A stretch of 63,528 nt of DNA, the filler included, from Octopus bimaculoides (taxonomy: Eukaryota): the NCBI RefSeq assembly GCF_001194135.2. It is 5 parts of 4 records of this genome, joined end to end, with 100 filler letters (N's around TTAATTAATTAA, not from the genome) between each part and the next. Parts side by side here need not be neighbours in the genome. Positions count along the whole stretch, not along the records: positions 33,903 to 54,920 come from NC_068987.1; positions 55,021 to 61,361 come from NC_069007.1; positions 61,462 to 63,528 come from NC_069007.1; 2 more parts are not named here. One strand, written 5' to 3'. Each line of letters begins with the position of its first letter. The stretch's first letter is position 1. The position numbers were made by a program, and so were the translations under genes. Positions 52,747 through 63,528 of the stretch are shown piece after piece. The notes beneath the pieces were generated by a model that saw only the letters and a list, made by a program, of their open reading frames with translations, did no database searches and was not told the DNA's origin.

Positions 52747-54107
52747 GTGTGTGTGTGGGTGTGTGGGTGGTTGCATCAGCACTCCCTCAGAAAAGTTTGG
52801 CATGCATGGACTGAAGTAATTTAAAATAAATACAGGAGGTTTTGACATACAAGTGGCTTCTGTTTACGATTTTTGGTTATCAATTATTCCCGAAGAGAAC
52901 TAAAAACAACAAGTTGCAGCTCTTGTGCAGAAAAGCTGCCACATTTTACCTGAAAAAAAAATAACGTTCTTAACGTCATGACGCGAGTAATCTAAATTAT
53001 GAAAACATTCTGAACCCCATCCGTTTTATTGCTAACTGAAAGTCGATACGCCAAGTAAATGATAATCTATATTATTTCAATGAGTCTAGTTTGTGTTTGC
53101 TTATGTAAATATTTGAGTAACGAAGGTTTTCTCCAACCTCCGTGATCTGTCTCTGACTTTTCTCGCTCTCGTTTTATCATACACCTCATGTGTATATTTG
53201 TGTGCATATTTCTGTGTGTATTTGTGCGCATATTTGTGTTCATTCTCGAATGTGAATGGAAGTTTTGTGGCGTATGCGTTTGTTTTGGAATTGTTCTTTG
53301 CCTAAATGTGCATTATATGCGATTGTCTATGACAGAAACAATGTAAACAAATGAGAGAAAACCGATAAACTGTTGTCTTTGAAGAAAATCCTTTGCTATG
53401 TGTTGCCCGCTTGAGATACAGAGACAGTCCCTCGCCATTGAAACCACTGTAAATGCGGTGAAATGCATTTAACATCTAAAATGTACATAAAAATATTAAT
53501 GTTTTCGCAGATTGAACCTCGAATAAAAAAGTACAATACCCAACACATCACTAAAAAGTACGCATAAATGTAAGCATAGTATTGTTGTGGGAAGAAAGGA
53601 AAATATAGCTTAAAATTCTTTGCATTTTATAAGAACTCAACAGTTCAAGATGTATGAGATGAATAGAACTAAGGTTGGTCCATTTAGAAAGTGCAGTGAC
53701 TGAAGAAGCAGCTTTATTTTTACTTCCATTGGTATTTGTGAACATTTCTGTTTTGTTATATTATGCACATTAATAAGTCTGCACGGCTATTACCATTCAA
53801 TTGTACTCGGTACCTTTCTCCAATATTTTTCTTAATGGATGCACTCTTCTTGATCATTATTAACATCTAATGAACTTTCAAAAATTAAGAGAAATGACCG
53901 TGAAGGAAATCTACTTTAAAACTCATATACATCTTACATCGTATCTTCTATGTGTTCTACGTAAATACTTCGGCGGGTCTTTACAATTTGCTTCGTTGCT
54001 AGCATTCAAGACTCTACGCACAACTTCTGTGAATGCAAACAAGGATGATTTCGCTATCAGTTTAAGGAAGCTTATGAACACTCCCTTTTCATAATATTGT
54101 TATTATT

Positions 54108-54535
54108 AGCGAGCTGGCAGAATGGTCAGCACGCCGAGGCAGTGCTTGGCGGTATTTCGTCTGGTTCAAATTCCGCCGAGGTCGACTTTGCCTTTCAAGC
54201 CATTCGGGATCGATAAATTCATTACCAGTCGCGTACTGGGGTCGATCTAACCAATTGCCGCCTCCCCCAAAAGTTCGAGCATTGTGCCTAGAGCAGAGAA
54301 TGATATTGTTATTATTGGCGAACTGCCAGAATTGTTTGTTCGCCGAGCGAAATGCTTAGCGGCATTTCGTCTGGCGCTAAATTCTGAGTTCAAATCCCGC
54401 CGAGGTCGATTTTGCCTTTCACTGTTTCGGGATAGATACATTAAGTGTCATTTGAACACAGGAAATGGGGGGTCGATATTTTCGACATTTCCCCTCCTCC
54501 AAAATGGCTGCGCTTGTGGCAAAATTTGTAATCAT
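54108..54535 (+). mobile_element. Tandem pair of SINE family A monomers
   Basis: Heads at 54108 (agcgagctggcagaat) and 54316 (ggcgaactgccagaat). Both contain gttcaaat.ccgccgaggtcga. Confidence 0.88.
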
Positions 54536-54569
54536 TATTATTATTACTATTATTATTATTATTATTATT

Positions 54570-54920
54570 CAGTAGTTTTATTTTTATAACGTGCTTTCAC
54601 TTCACTACCGAGCGCTGCTCTGTGCGCCTTGGGTATGTGCTGTGGTTTGCTGTGGTGCTCTTATGTTTACTGTATTGAAAGTGTTTTGCGTAGAACGTGT
54701 GCAGTACCCAGTAGTGCAATTTTCTGTATGTTATATATATTTGTAAGTCCTGGTGTTTTTGTTATGTATTTGTCTGAATATTTTTTTATTATACCTAAGG
54801 CACCTACTATGATAGGAATTGTTTCTGTTTTTAGATTCCACATTCGAGTTATCTCTATTTCCAGGTCTTTGTATTTTGAAAGTTTTTCCATTTCTTTTAG
54901 AGAAACGTTGTCATCTGCTG
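54570..54920 (-). mobile_element. Second RLE-type non-LTR retrotransposon 3' end with (TAA)n tail
   Basis: ORF 54667-54891 EKLSKYKDLEIEITRMWNLKTETIPIIVGALG...IQKIALLGTAHVLRKTLS. (TAA)n on the minus strand at about 54534-54570. The 5' part runs into the gap. Confidence 0.88.
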
Positions 54921-55118
54921 NNNNNNNNNNNNNNNNNNNNNNNNNNNNNNNNNNNNNNNNNNNNTTAATTAATTAANNNNNNNNNNNNNNNNNNNNNNNN
55001 NNNNNNNNNNNNNNNNNNNNAAGAAGAAGAAGAAGAAGAAGAAGAACAACAACAACAACAACAACAAGAAAGAAAGAAAGACAAAAATGAAACCGACAAA
55101 ATGTTTGCGAGTATTTAC

Positions 55119-55255
55119 CAGTTCCGTTGACTTCTGCCTGAAGACGAATTGATTTCCCAAGTGGCAAATCTTGGTTAATTTTGGTTGAAGAATCTTCTAC
55201 AACCGTCAAGCTTCCTTTGGATTTATCGACCATTGCAATATTTCCAGGTGGTTTC
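55119..55255 (-). CDS. Coding exon of probable ZP-module protein (linker and start of ZP-C)
   Basis: Acceptor ttattgttttag|G and donor CTG|GTAAAT; 137 nt, phase 2 to 1. Encodes KPPGNIAMVDKSKGSLTVVEDSSTKINQDLPLGKSIRLQAEVNGT. Confidence 0.7.
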
Positions 55256-55589
55256 CTAAAACAATAATTATTACACGATGGTTTGACCAGAGGACGAAGC
55301 GCTGATTGGGGGAACATCGCTAGAGCTAATTAGAGAATTAACTGCAGAAACTAAACGTCTGTATATCGAGGGTTGCTGTGAGGTAAAGAGAACCATTGCC
55401 AAAAACGAAATATTACATGGACTAAGTGAATGCATCTGCCTTAAGTGGGTTAAATACTTGTATCGCCTGAAAATAGGCTAAATGTATCTACCTCAGCATC
55501 GAAAGTGACTGTATGCCCTGCACAAAGTGGGATAAGTTAATGTATAGACCAAAAGTTGGCAACAACAGCGACGACGACAACAATGATTA

Positions 55590-55804
55590 CGGTTTCAAGA
55601 TTTGGTACAAGATCGGTAATTTTAAAGGGAAGGGTATGTAGAATATATCGACCCCAGTATGTAACTGGTACTTATGTTATCGACCCTGAAAGGGTGAAGG
55701 GCAAGGTCGACGTCGGTGGAATTTAAACTCAGAATATAAATCCAGAAGAAATGTCGCTAAGCGTTTTGTGCGGCGGGTTAACAATCTGCAGGTTTGCCGC
55801 CTTA
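55590..55804 (-). mobile_element. SINE family A
   Basis: atcgaccccagtatgtaactggtactt...aaggtcgacgtcggtggaatttaaactcaga...gtttgccgcctta. Confidence 0.85.
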
Positions 55805-56660
55805 ACAACAGCAACAATAATAACAGTAAGAACGACGACCACAACAAGAACAACAACGTCATCCAGTGCTATCTTAAGGCATGGGGATCCTAGACAGGTA
55901 CCTCACGGGTTTCGGGTCCCAATTCGGATCTATATATACTGTGGTTTACAGTCAAATAATACATACTATAGGGCCCAGTGCATTTAGTTGCCAGTGGTGT
56001 GACTACAGTACTGTTAAGTTAGCGCTGATGACAATGATGACAACAACAACAACAACAACAACAACACCAACAGCAATAATATAATTGCTCTGCAGTTTAG
56101 AAACAAAAACACAGTTGAAGATTTTAGTTTACGCTGGAGTTACTTACCCTACAATATGTATAAGGTCTGGTCCTAAAATGGTGGCCGGCTTTGTAGTGTT
56201 GCGGAAGTCACATGACAAGCTGAAGATCTGATCGTTTGCCACGACAATATACGGAAGATGTTGTATTACTACTTTTACGCTATAATTACCGGTGGAGCTC
56301 GACTGCAGATGAAAGCAAAGCAAACGGAGAAAATAACAACAAAAATAATAAGCGTTTCTTATTTTGGCACAAGGCCAGCAACTGTGAGATGTGGGGAAAG
56401 TGCGTGACTCTAAGAGGGGAAATATGTTGAATAAAACCATAATTAACTGACCCTCCTGTATTTTCTTTTGCTCAAAGCCAGGTAGTTTTCAGCACCCTTT
56501 CATATATACACATATGCATGCATGTAAATGTAGGTGTGCATATATCAATATACACACATATGTAGAGATGCTGACTTTTTTCAGTCGTGTTTACTCTAGA
56601 CCAGGGATACCAGACATGCGAAGCACTCAGCCATATATTTAAGTACAAGTAATTACATAC

Positions 56661-56930
56661 GTAAAAAGAGAACATCCCACCTGAAAAAAGCAGGTCTCGT
56701 TTGATGACGTGTCATCTGTTAGGGTCCCACCTGGTTTTACCGAAATACACAGCCTATAAGGGTCGTCTGGGGACCCCTTACCATCGACCTTTCCCGCCTG
56801 TTTACTGCAACTGTCTCTCATCTCTTCCACATAGATATCATATAAGCTGGTGTGGCGTGACCACGTGGACAAAGGGTCGGTTCTGTCACGGTCTTCACTA
56901 CTGCCGCTGGTGTTATTTGAACCCGTATCG
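56661..56930 (-). CDS. Coding exon of probable ZP-module protein (ZP-N-like)
   Basis: Acceptor tgtgtttctgtatag|C and donor TAC|GTATGT; 270 nt, phase 2 to 2, open and relatively GC-rich. Ends YRLCISVKPGGTLTDDTSSNETCFFQVGCSLF. An alternative donor CAG|GTGGGA at 56681 would break phase. Confidence 0.7.
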
Positions 56931-57435
56931 CTATACAGAAACACAATCATCTTTCTGGATTGATCACAGACATAACGACCTGAAGATAAATGTCGAAAAT
57001 TTCATTAAAAAAATGTTTAAATTGACAAATACTTATTAAAATATTTAATCCATTCAATGACCGGAACATGTGAGAAAGCAGAAGAAAGAATATATGAAGG
57101 TATGTAAATATGTATGTAATTATGCACACACACACACACACACACACACNNNNNNNNNNACCATATATATATAAACATATATAGTACGTATATATACGTG
57201 CAAACATATGCACTCATACACACGTACGTATGAATGTATTTATATATATCTATACCTATCTCCTTATGTGTGTGTGTGAGTGTGTGTGTGTGTGTGCGTG
57301 CGTTTATATGTATGCATATATATATATATATATATGGTATATATTATGCTGATTAACCTTTTCGTATTCACTGGAGATACATAACAAACAAATTAGATTT
57401 TGGCATTAAATTTAAATTCGGCAACCATAATAATT

Positions 57436-57470
<35 letters not shown>

Positions 57471-57967
57471 GCTGTTGTTGCCGCTGCTGCTGTTGTTCTT
57501 GTTCTTAGATTATGAGCGGCGCTGACGAAAATTTATTTAAAAACCAATTAAGAAATTGAATATAAAGGAGTTGTTTGTTCTTTATTTATATATCGTTTGT
57601 GAGTTCTATAAATCGATGAGAGTTTAATTTAATTAGTTCGGAAGCAGAAAATCCAGATGTAAGATACATTGCAGTTAAATTAGTATTTGAGGAATGATAT
57701 GTCGGTAACTAAAGATAGCTATAATTCTCCGATGAGTACACCATTCAGCTGAGTGGTGTCCATATTAACTTATGCTGTAGAGTTTATCTCTCATTGTTAA
57801 CAAACATCAATAGCACCATGGATACATGTTAAAACATGCTAGGCAAGATCTTTTGTCTCTGGATTGATTTATTATATTTGTATTTGTGATCTTGTACTAA
57901 TATTTTGAGTCTAAGCCGATTAAATCCGTTTACAGTCTTTGGAGATTCCATAGACAACATGGATTAC

Positions 57968-58085
57968 CAGAGAAGATGCTGTATGAACTGTTCGGGTCTA
58001 TTTTTGGTTACATTTGTCGCAAGTCCGCCCCGAATGTACAAAGCAAAACCTATTTCTGATCTTTGAAGCGAATATACGAGAAGTG
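57968..58085 (-). CDS. Coding exon upstream of the ZP-N-like exon
   Basis: Acceptor aagaacctttcag|C and donor CTG|GTAATC; 118 nt. Only phase 1 is open. The phase-2 end creates a Cys codon (TG|C) with the next exon. Confidence 0.65.
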
Positions 58086-58487
58086 CTGAAAGGTTCTTGG
58101 CTTTGGATAAAAGAAAATATACGAGGATCGGTTAATTATTCAACATATTCCCCCTCTCACACTCACACACTTAATTGCAACGGTCTTTCGGTTCTTCTAA
58201 AGCCTGTAAAAGAACCCGGAAGGCTGAACCTCCAGCCAGGCCTTTCGCGACATCCTTAAAGCCAAGAACTTTTCATCGCCCGCTTGTACATTGTACATAT
58301 TTAAAAGTACGGTTTGGAGATCAAAATTACTGTGATATATCATACACTTATTTTAAAGAACAAGTTGGAGACTGTGGGAGGCCTTCTACTTATTTTAAAG
58401 TAGAATATGAAGATCAAAATAAGATTGGCATACCTTGAACTTATTTTAAGGTACTACTTAGAAATCGAGATGTCTATGGTATATTTT

Positions 58488-58688
58488 ACTTATTTCCCCC
58501 ACCACTGCTTGACAACCGGTATTGAAGTGTTTATGTTCCCGTAACTTAGCAGTTCGGCAAAAGAAGCAGATAGAATAAGTACCAGCCTAAAAAAAAAAAT
58601 AATTAATTAGTACTAGGGCTGACTCATTCGACTGAAAATTATTCCGGGCGGTGCTCCAGCATGGCTGCAGTCTAATGACTGAAACGGG
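58488..58688 (+). mobile_element. SINE family B, 3' half
   Basis: gcttgacaaccgg...ccgtaacttagcagttcggcaaaaga...ggcggtgctccagcatggctgcagtc. Confidence 0.85.
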
Positions 58689-59337
58689 AAAAAGATTGCA
58701 CCACAATAGAACTAACTATTGCTGTAGATTGGTGGAAGGTTTTTCCTAACAACAAAATAACACATTTCAGGATTGGATCGTTTTAAAAAATGAAATAAGA
58801 AAAGAAATTTTCTTTCTCGCTGTTTCTGATTAGTTTTATTTACAGCAAACTACACACTTTTCTTTGCTTTCCTGCCAGGCACACAGACACACATGCGGAC
58901 GGGCAGACAGGCAGATATGCTGGCAGTCAGACATGCAGGAAGTCAATGAGGAGAATACGATTGCTTTCTACGAGAAATCTCAACTTAATTTTTTTCTCTC
59001 TCCATGTCACGCAATGGCGCCCGGAAATATAAGAGATATTGACTTCCTGTTTTTATGATAACACATAAAAGACTGCATCTCGATAGTTTTCCTTCAATTC
59101 TTAATTTGTTTGCTTCTTTTACAGATATTTTATTTATATTTTCCATTTGCTTATTTATTTTCGTCTTTTATATATTTCTCTCAACAAAAATTTATTTTTC
59201 TCTCTTCTCTTGTTTATTTTTTGGCAAATATTATACAGAATTGAGGCTGTTATCCTCCTCTCCCTCCGTCTCATAATCAACATTCGATAACAACATTATC
59301 ATCATCATCACACCCTCCATATTATTATTACTATTAG

Positions 59338-59500
59338 TATTGTGGTTAGGGTGTTGTGCTCACGATCTGTAGATCGTGATTTCAATTCCTAACCCGGGTG
59401 GTGCGTTGTGTTCTTAGGCAAAGCATTTCATCTCACGTTGCTTTGTGATCACTTCGGTACCTCACATGTGGTACACCATGCACCTGTTCAGACAACGTCG
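59338..59500 (+). mobile_element. Degenerate tRNA-headed SINE of another family
   Basis: gtggttagggtgttgtgctcacga...atttcaattcc...gcgttgtgttcttaggcaaagca (A/B-box-like head). Confidence 0.55.
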
Positions 59501-59631
59501 ATGTGATGGAATTTTTTTATATTATTTATTCACCATTACGCATGTTCCATTTTCTAGTAGGAATCACAAGTTTTTACTTGTCTAACTTTGTAATTCCGAG
59601 TGGCATATGAAACACATGTTTCCTTCTTTAA

Positions 59632-59757
59632 AATCCACTCACAAGGCTTTGGTCGGCCCGAAGCTTTAGTAGAAGATACACGCCAAGGTGCCACTCAGTG
59701 GGACTGAACCCAGAACCATGTGGTTTGAAGCAAACTTCTTACCACACAACCACACCT
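59632..59757 (-). mobile_element. SINE family B, 5' part
   Basis: aatccactcacaaggctttggtcggcccga...gtgggactgaacccagaaccatgtgg...cttcttaccacacaaccac. Confidence 0.88.
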
Positions 59758-60075
59758 ATTACACATGTACGCTTATTACACCACACTCATATATACACAC
59801 ACATATATTTGTATGTATGTATGTATGTATGTATTTATGTATGTATTTATGTATGTATGTATGTATTTATGTATGTATCTATGTATGTATGTATTTATGT
59901 ATGTATCTATGTATGTATGTATTTATGTATGTATGCATGCATGTATGCATGTATGTATGTATGTATGTATGTATGTATGTATGTACACATTTATATGTAA
60001 TAGACATAACAATATATTCGCCCTGTTACACATAAGAAGATTAGTTTTCATTAAATATTAAGATTTCAGACTTAC

Positions 60076-60094
60076 CTGATGTTGAGAACGATGC
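60076..60094 (-). CDS. 19-nt microexon GCATCGTTCTCAACATCAG
   Basis: Acceptor ttttccatttttgtttttatcag|G and perfect donor CAG|GTAAGT. Read phase 0 to 1 (ASFSTS+G) it joins 58085 in frame. It could instead be UTR. Confidence 0.6.
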
Positions 60095-60473
60095 CTGATA
60101 AAAACAAAAATGGAAAAATATACATATAAATCTTTATATATATATATACACATACCTATATATACATGTCTATATATAAACATCAGCCATTATCAACCAT
60201 TGAAAAGAACCATGGAAAATGTACTTAACAGCGCTAGGGTTAGAACCCCGAACTACACTGTCACGGAACAGCCGGGTCATTATGACTCTGCTGGTTTAGA
60301 GTCACAGAAAGGGCCAATGGACGATGGACCAGCTGTCTCTGAGACAAATATAAAGAACACCTTTTTGTGCTGCAGAAGAACCACAAAAATTGGTATATAT
60401 TTATGTATGTATATATTTGTGTATATATACGCATATAATTATACATATATTTCCACATAATGAAACGTACATC

Positions 60474-60511
<38 letters not shown>

Positions 60512-60768
60512 NNNNNNNNNNNNNNNNNNNNNNNNNNNNNNNNNNNNNNNNNNNNNNNNNNNNNNNNNNNNNNNNNNNNNNNNNNNNNNNNNNNNNNNNN
60601 NNNNNNNNNNNNNNNNNNNNNNNNNNNNNNNNNNNNNNNNNNNNNNNNNNNNNNNNNNNNNNNNNNNNNNNNNNNNNNNNNNNNNNNNNNNNNNNNNNNN
60701 NNNNNNNNNNNNNNNNNNNNNNNNNNNNNNNNNNNNNNNNNNNNNNNNNNNNNNNNNNNNNNNNNNNN

Positions 60769-60826
<58 letters not shown>

Positions 60827-61614
60827 TCAGTGTGTAAAAAAGCACATAAGCACTATTCTAAGGATATTCACAGACAGACAGTCAGACAGACAGACAGAGA
60901 AGCAATTACATTTCAAACAAGCCACATACATCAGAGCGTTTAAACAAATAAACAGAGTAAGTGACAAATTCAACAGCAACTGAAAACACACGTCTTCTGC
61001 ATGAAGGAGCCAGAAATACATCATGGCGTCTTGAAATCACAAAGAACCGTAAACATGCATAGCAAGCGTTTAAACAAATTCGCACTGAGAGAGGAATGGG
61101 GAGGAAAAGGGAGAGAAGGTGGAGACAGAGAGGGAGGAATGAGAGCAACCCAACAAACCCATCAACCAATGATAACACACATCGCAGAAATCAAATAAGC
61201 TACGAACACCAAATAACCGTTTGCCGCCAATTTGTTTTGAGAATCAATACGAGATGATGACGTAGAGAAGCCTTTACACCAGCTTAACTAAATAGACTAA
61301 ACAGCAAAATGACGAAATATTTGGCTTTTAATATGTGTGTGTTTGTGTGTGTGGGGGGGGCNNNNNNNNNNNNNNNNNNNNNNNNNNNNNNNNNNNNNNN
61401 NNNNNTTAATTAATTAANNNNNNNNNNNNNNNNNNNNNNNNNNNNNNNNNNNNNNNNNNNNGTATGTATGTATGTATGTATGTATGTATGTATGTGTAAA
61501 TATTTATGCATATAAATATACAAATATATATTTGTATAGAATATGCGTGCAAACATGTATGTCTCCCCACCCCTATCTGACCAGCGATATGTCCGCCTCT
61601 CTGTCTATATATCT

Positions 61615-62245
61615 CAGCAGAGAGTGGCCTTGAGCTGGTCTCAGAAACGGCATTTGGGAGCTCTGCGTGGTCTGGTCCCTGGGGTCAGCTCCCCCGTCAA
61701 CTCTTGTTTGTGGTTTTGGTCCCAGACACCAAATCATGCGGAGCCCCCAAAATTCCGTTTCCGAGCTCAGACACACCTCTCCCGTCAATTCCCCTTTGCG
61801 GAATTGGCCTCAGGCACCAAACCACACGGAGACGGCAAATGCAACTTCCGAGCTCAAACATGCCTCCGACGTCAACTCCAGTTTGTGGAGTTGATCTCAG
61901 ACACCAAACCATGGGGAGCTCCCAAATTCTGTTTCTGGGACCAGCTCAAGGCCATTCTCCTCCGCTGCTCCATTGACCCAAATACCTGAGACACAATCAC
62001 CAAGGACCGCTCAAACTGAGCAGACCTGATGGGAAAATAACAGACTCCAAGAGGCCGAAGAGATCAGGCGTCAAAGAAGCAAAGAGCGATTCGCACTTCC
62101 TCGTCCCCCACCAACTCTACCATGCGATAAATGCCTCCCGTTCTTCTATACTCCTTTGCCAGAACAGCCACCTCGGACATCAAAACCATCTGCACCCATC
62201 GCTCTACATTCAATACTCGGACACGAGTTAATGCCGACGACGTTA
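61615..62245 (+). mobile_element. RTE-clade LINE 3' fragment with internal tandem and inverted duplications
   Basis: RQLQFVELISDTKPWGAPKFCFWDQLKAILLRCSIDPNT(W)ETITKDRSN and PTLPCDKC match the RTE C-terminal pattern QLL.GEL..G.R..G.PK.R.KD.LK..L..C.ID...WE. Confidence 0.8.
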
Positions 62246-62721
62246 TATATATATTCGACTAAAAATTCTTCAAAGCGGTACCCCAGCATGGCCGCAATCA
62301 AGTAGAAGATGCAAAAAAGGAAGATGTGTGTGTGTGTGTGTGTGTGTGATGAATCCAACACCTTAACCACGAAGCCACGCGCCTCCGCTAATATGTGTTA
62401 AGATTCTTGCGAATAATGTTCAACTTTCATAATTAACAGGTAACAGTTTTACCATAATCAACTCTTCTTTAAACGTGTGTGTGTGTAGGTGGGTAGGTTG
62501 GTGGGTGGGTGTTTGGGTGGTTGTTGTGTGTACGCATGCGCGCCTACCTGTCCATACTATTTATTCAGATTACAAGATTGAAAAGTAGAAACTCGAGACC
62601 GAAAATGTCAAAATAGTTGTTATTAATTTCATGAGAGAGTTTCTTCGGAAATACGAACTGACACAAGATTCAGTTTGGGGGCGTGGGAGACGCACATGAG
62701 TACTTTCTCTTTAACACGCGG

Positions 62722-62939
<218 letters not shown>

Positions 62940-62940
<1 letters not shown>

Positions 62941-63476
62941 GTGTGTGCGTGTGTATATACGTGCGTGTGTGTCTATGTATGTATATTTGTATATGCGTAT
63001 ATGTATACATACGTTGTCTATATATATATAAGTGTATATCCATAAGCATGAAGTATGTATACATGTATGTATATGTGTATATGCAAGTATATACCCATAC
63101 TGTATGTTGCTGCTAATATGTATGTATACATGAATATATGTATATGTACTCACATGTATCTATACGTATGTGTGTGGTTCATATATGAGGATTTATAAGT
63201 ATGAAGTATGTATGCGTGTGTATATATATATATATATAGGTATGTGTATGTGCACGTATATATACGTATTTCTAACCACATGCTTTATATATGTATGTGT
63301 ATGCATGTACATGTGTATGTGTGTACGCATAAGTACGCAGTATGTATAAATGTGTGTGTATGTGTATGATTATGTATGCATGCATGTGTGTATGAGTTTG
63401 TTCGTATGTATTGTGTGTGTGTGTACGTATGAGTGAAAATGTGTATGTGTGTGTGTTTGTGTGTCTGTTTGTGTGT

Positions 63477-63528
<52 letters not shown>
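62940..63528. repeat. Mixed (TA)/(TG)/(TATG) cryptic microsatellite tract
   Basis: Directly visible. Confidence 0.9.

Noticed and set aside
53395-53475. Exon (D)VKCISPHLQWFQWRGTVSV resembling the ZP-C SPYF..F...G strand
   Set aside because: Good acceptor, but the frame hits TAG before the expected cysteines and no convincing donor is present. Left unresolved.
56740-56790. GKGSPDDPY resembling the bacterial G.GT..DPY adhesin motif (horizontal transfer)
   Set aside because: A nine-residue resemblance inside a spliced exon whose context fits ZP-N better.
57743-57764. 22-bp palindrome ACACCATTCAGCTGAGTGGTGT
   Set aside because: Too short and isolated to distinguish from chance or a TE scar.

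Overview
AT-rich animal genomic DNA from a gapped draft assembly (about 5 kb of N, with four N-flanked TTAATTAATTAA linkers). The repeat complement (tRNA-headed SINE families, dense TA/TG/GATA/AAT microsatellites, Penelope-like and RLE-type retroelements) looks like a coleoid cephalopod, probably an octopus; this is inferred from repeat style only. Most long ORFs in the track are artefacts of N runs or microsatellites. Decayed mobile elements dominate: four Penelope-like fragments plus one isolated pseudo-LTR, a Tigger, a pogo, two mariners, two RLE-type LINE 3' ends, one RTE 3' end, more than 25 SINE copies and several foldback/MITE-like elements. Reading splice sites on the minus strand gives two phase-consistent exon chains that the ORF track does not assemble. 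The first is a probable ZP (zona pellucida)-module gene at 55.1-60.1 kb that includes a 19-nt microexon. The second is an unidentified 3' chain (39.2, 9.3 and 4.9 kb) ending in -SKL*. Other notable items are a minimal hammerhead-like motif with an A6U core change, a pri-miRNA-like hairpin, a TA-flanked palindrome built from 21-bp units, and a complex direct-plus-inverted duplication. No rRNA, intact tRNA or CRISPR array is supported.
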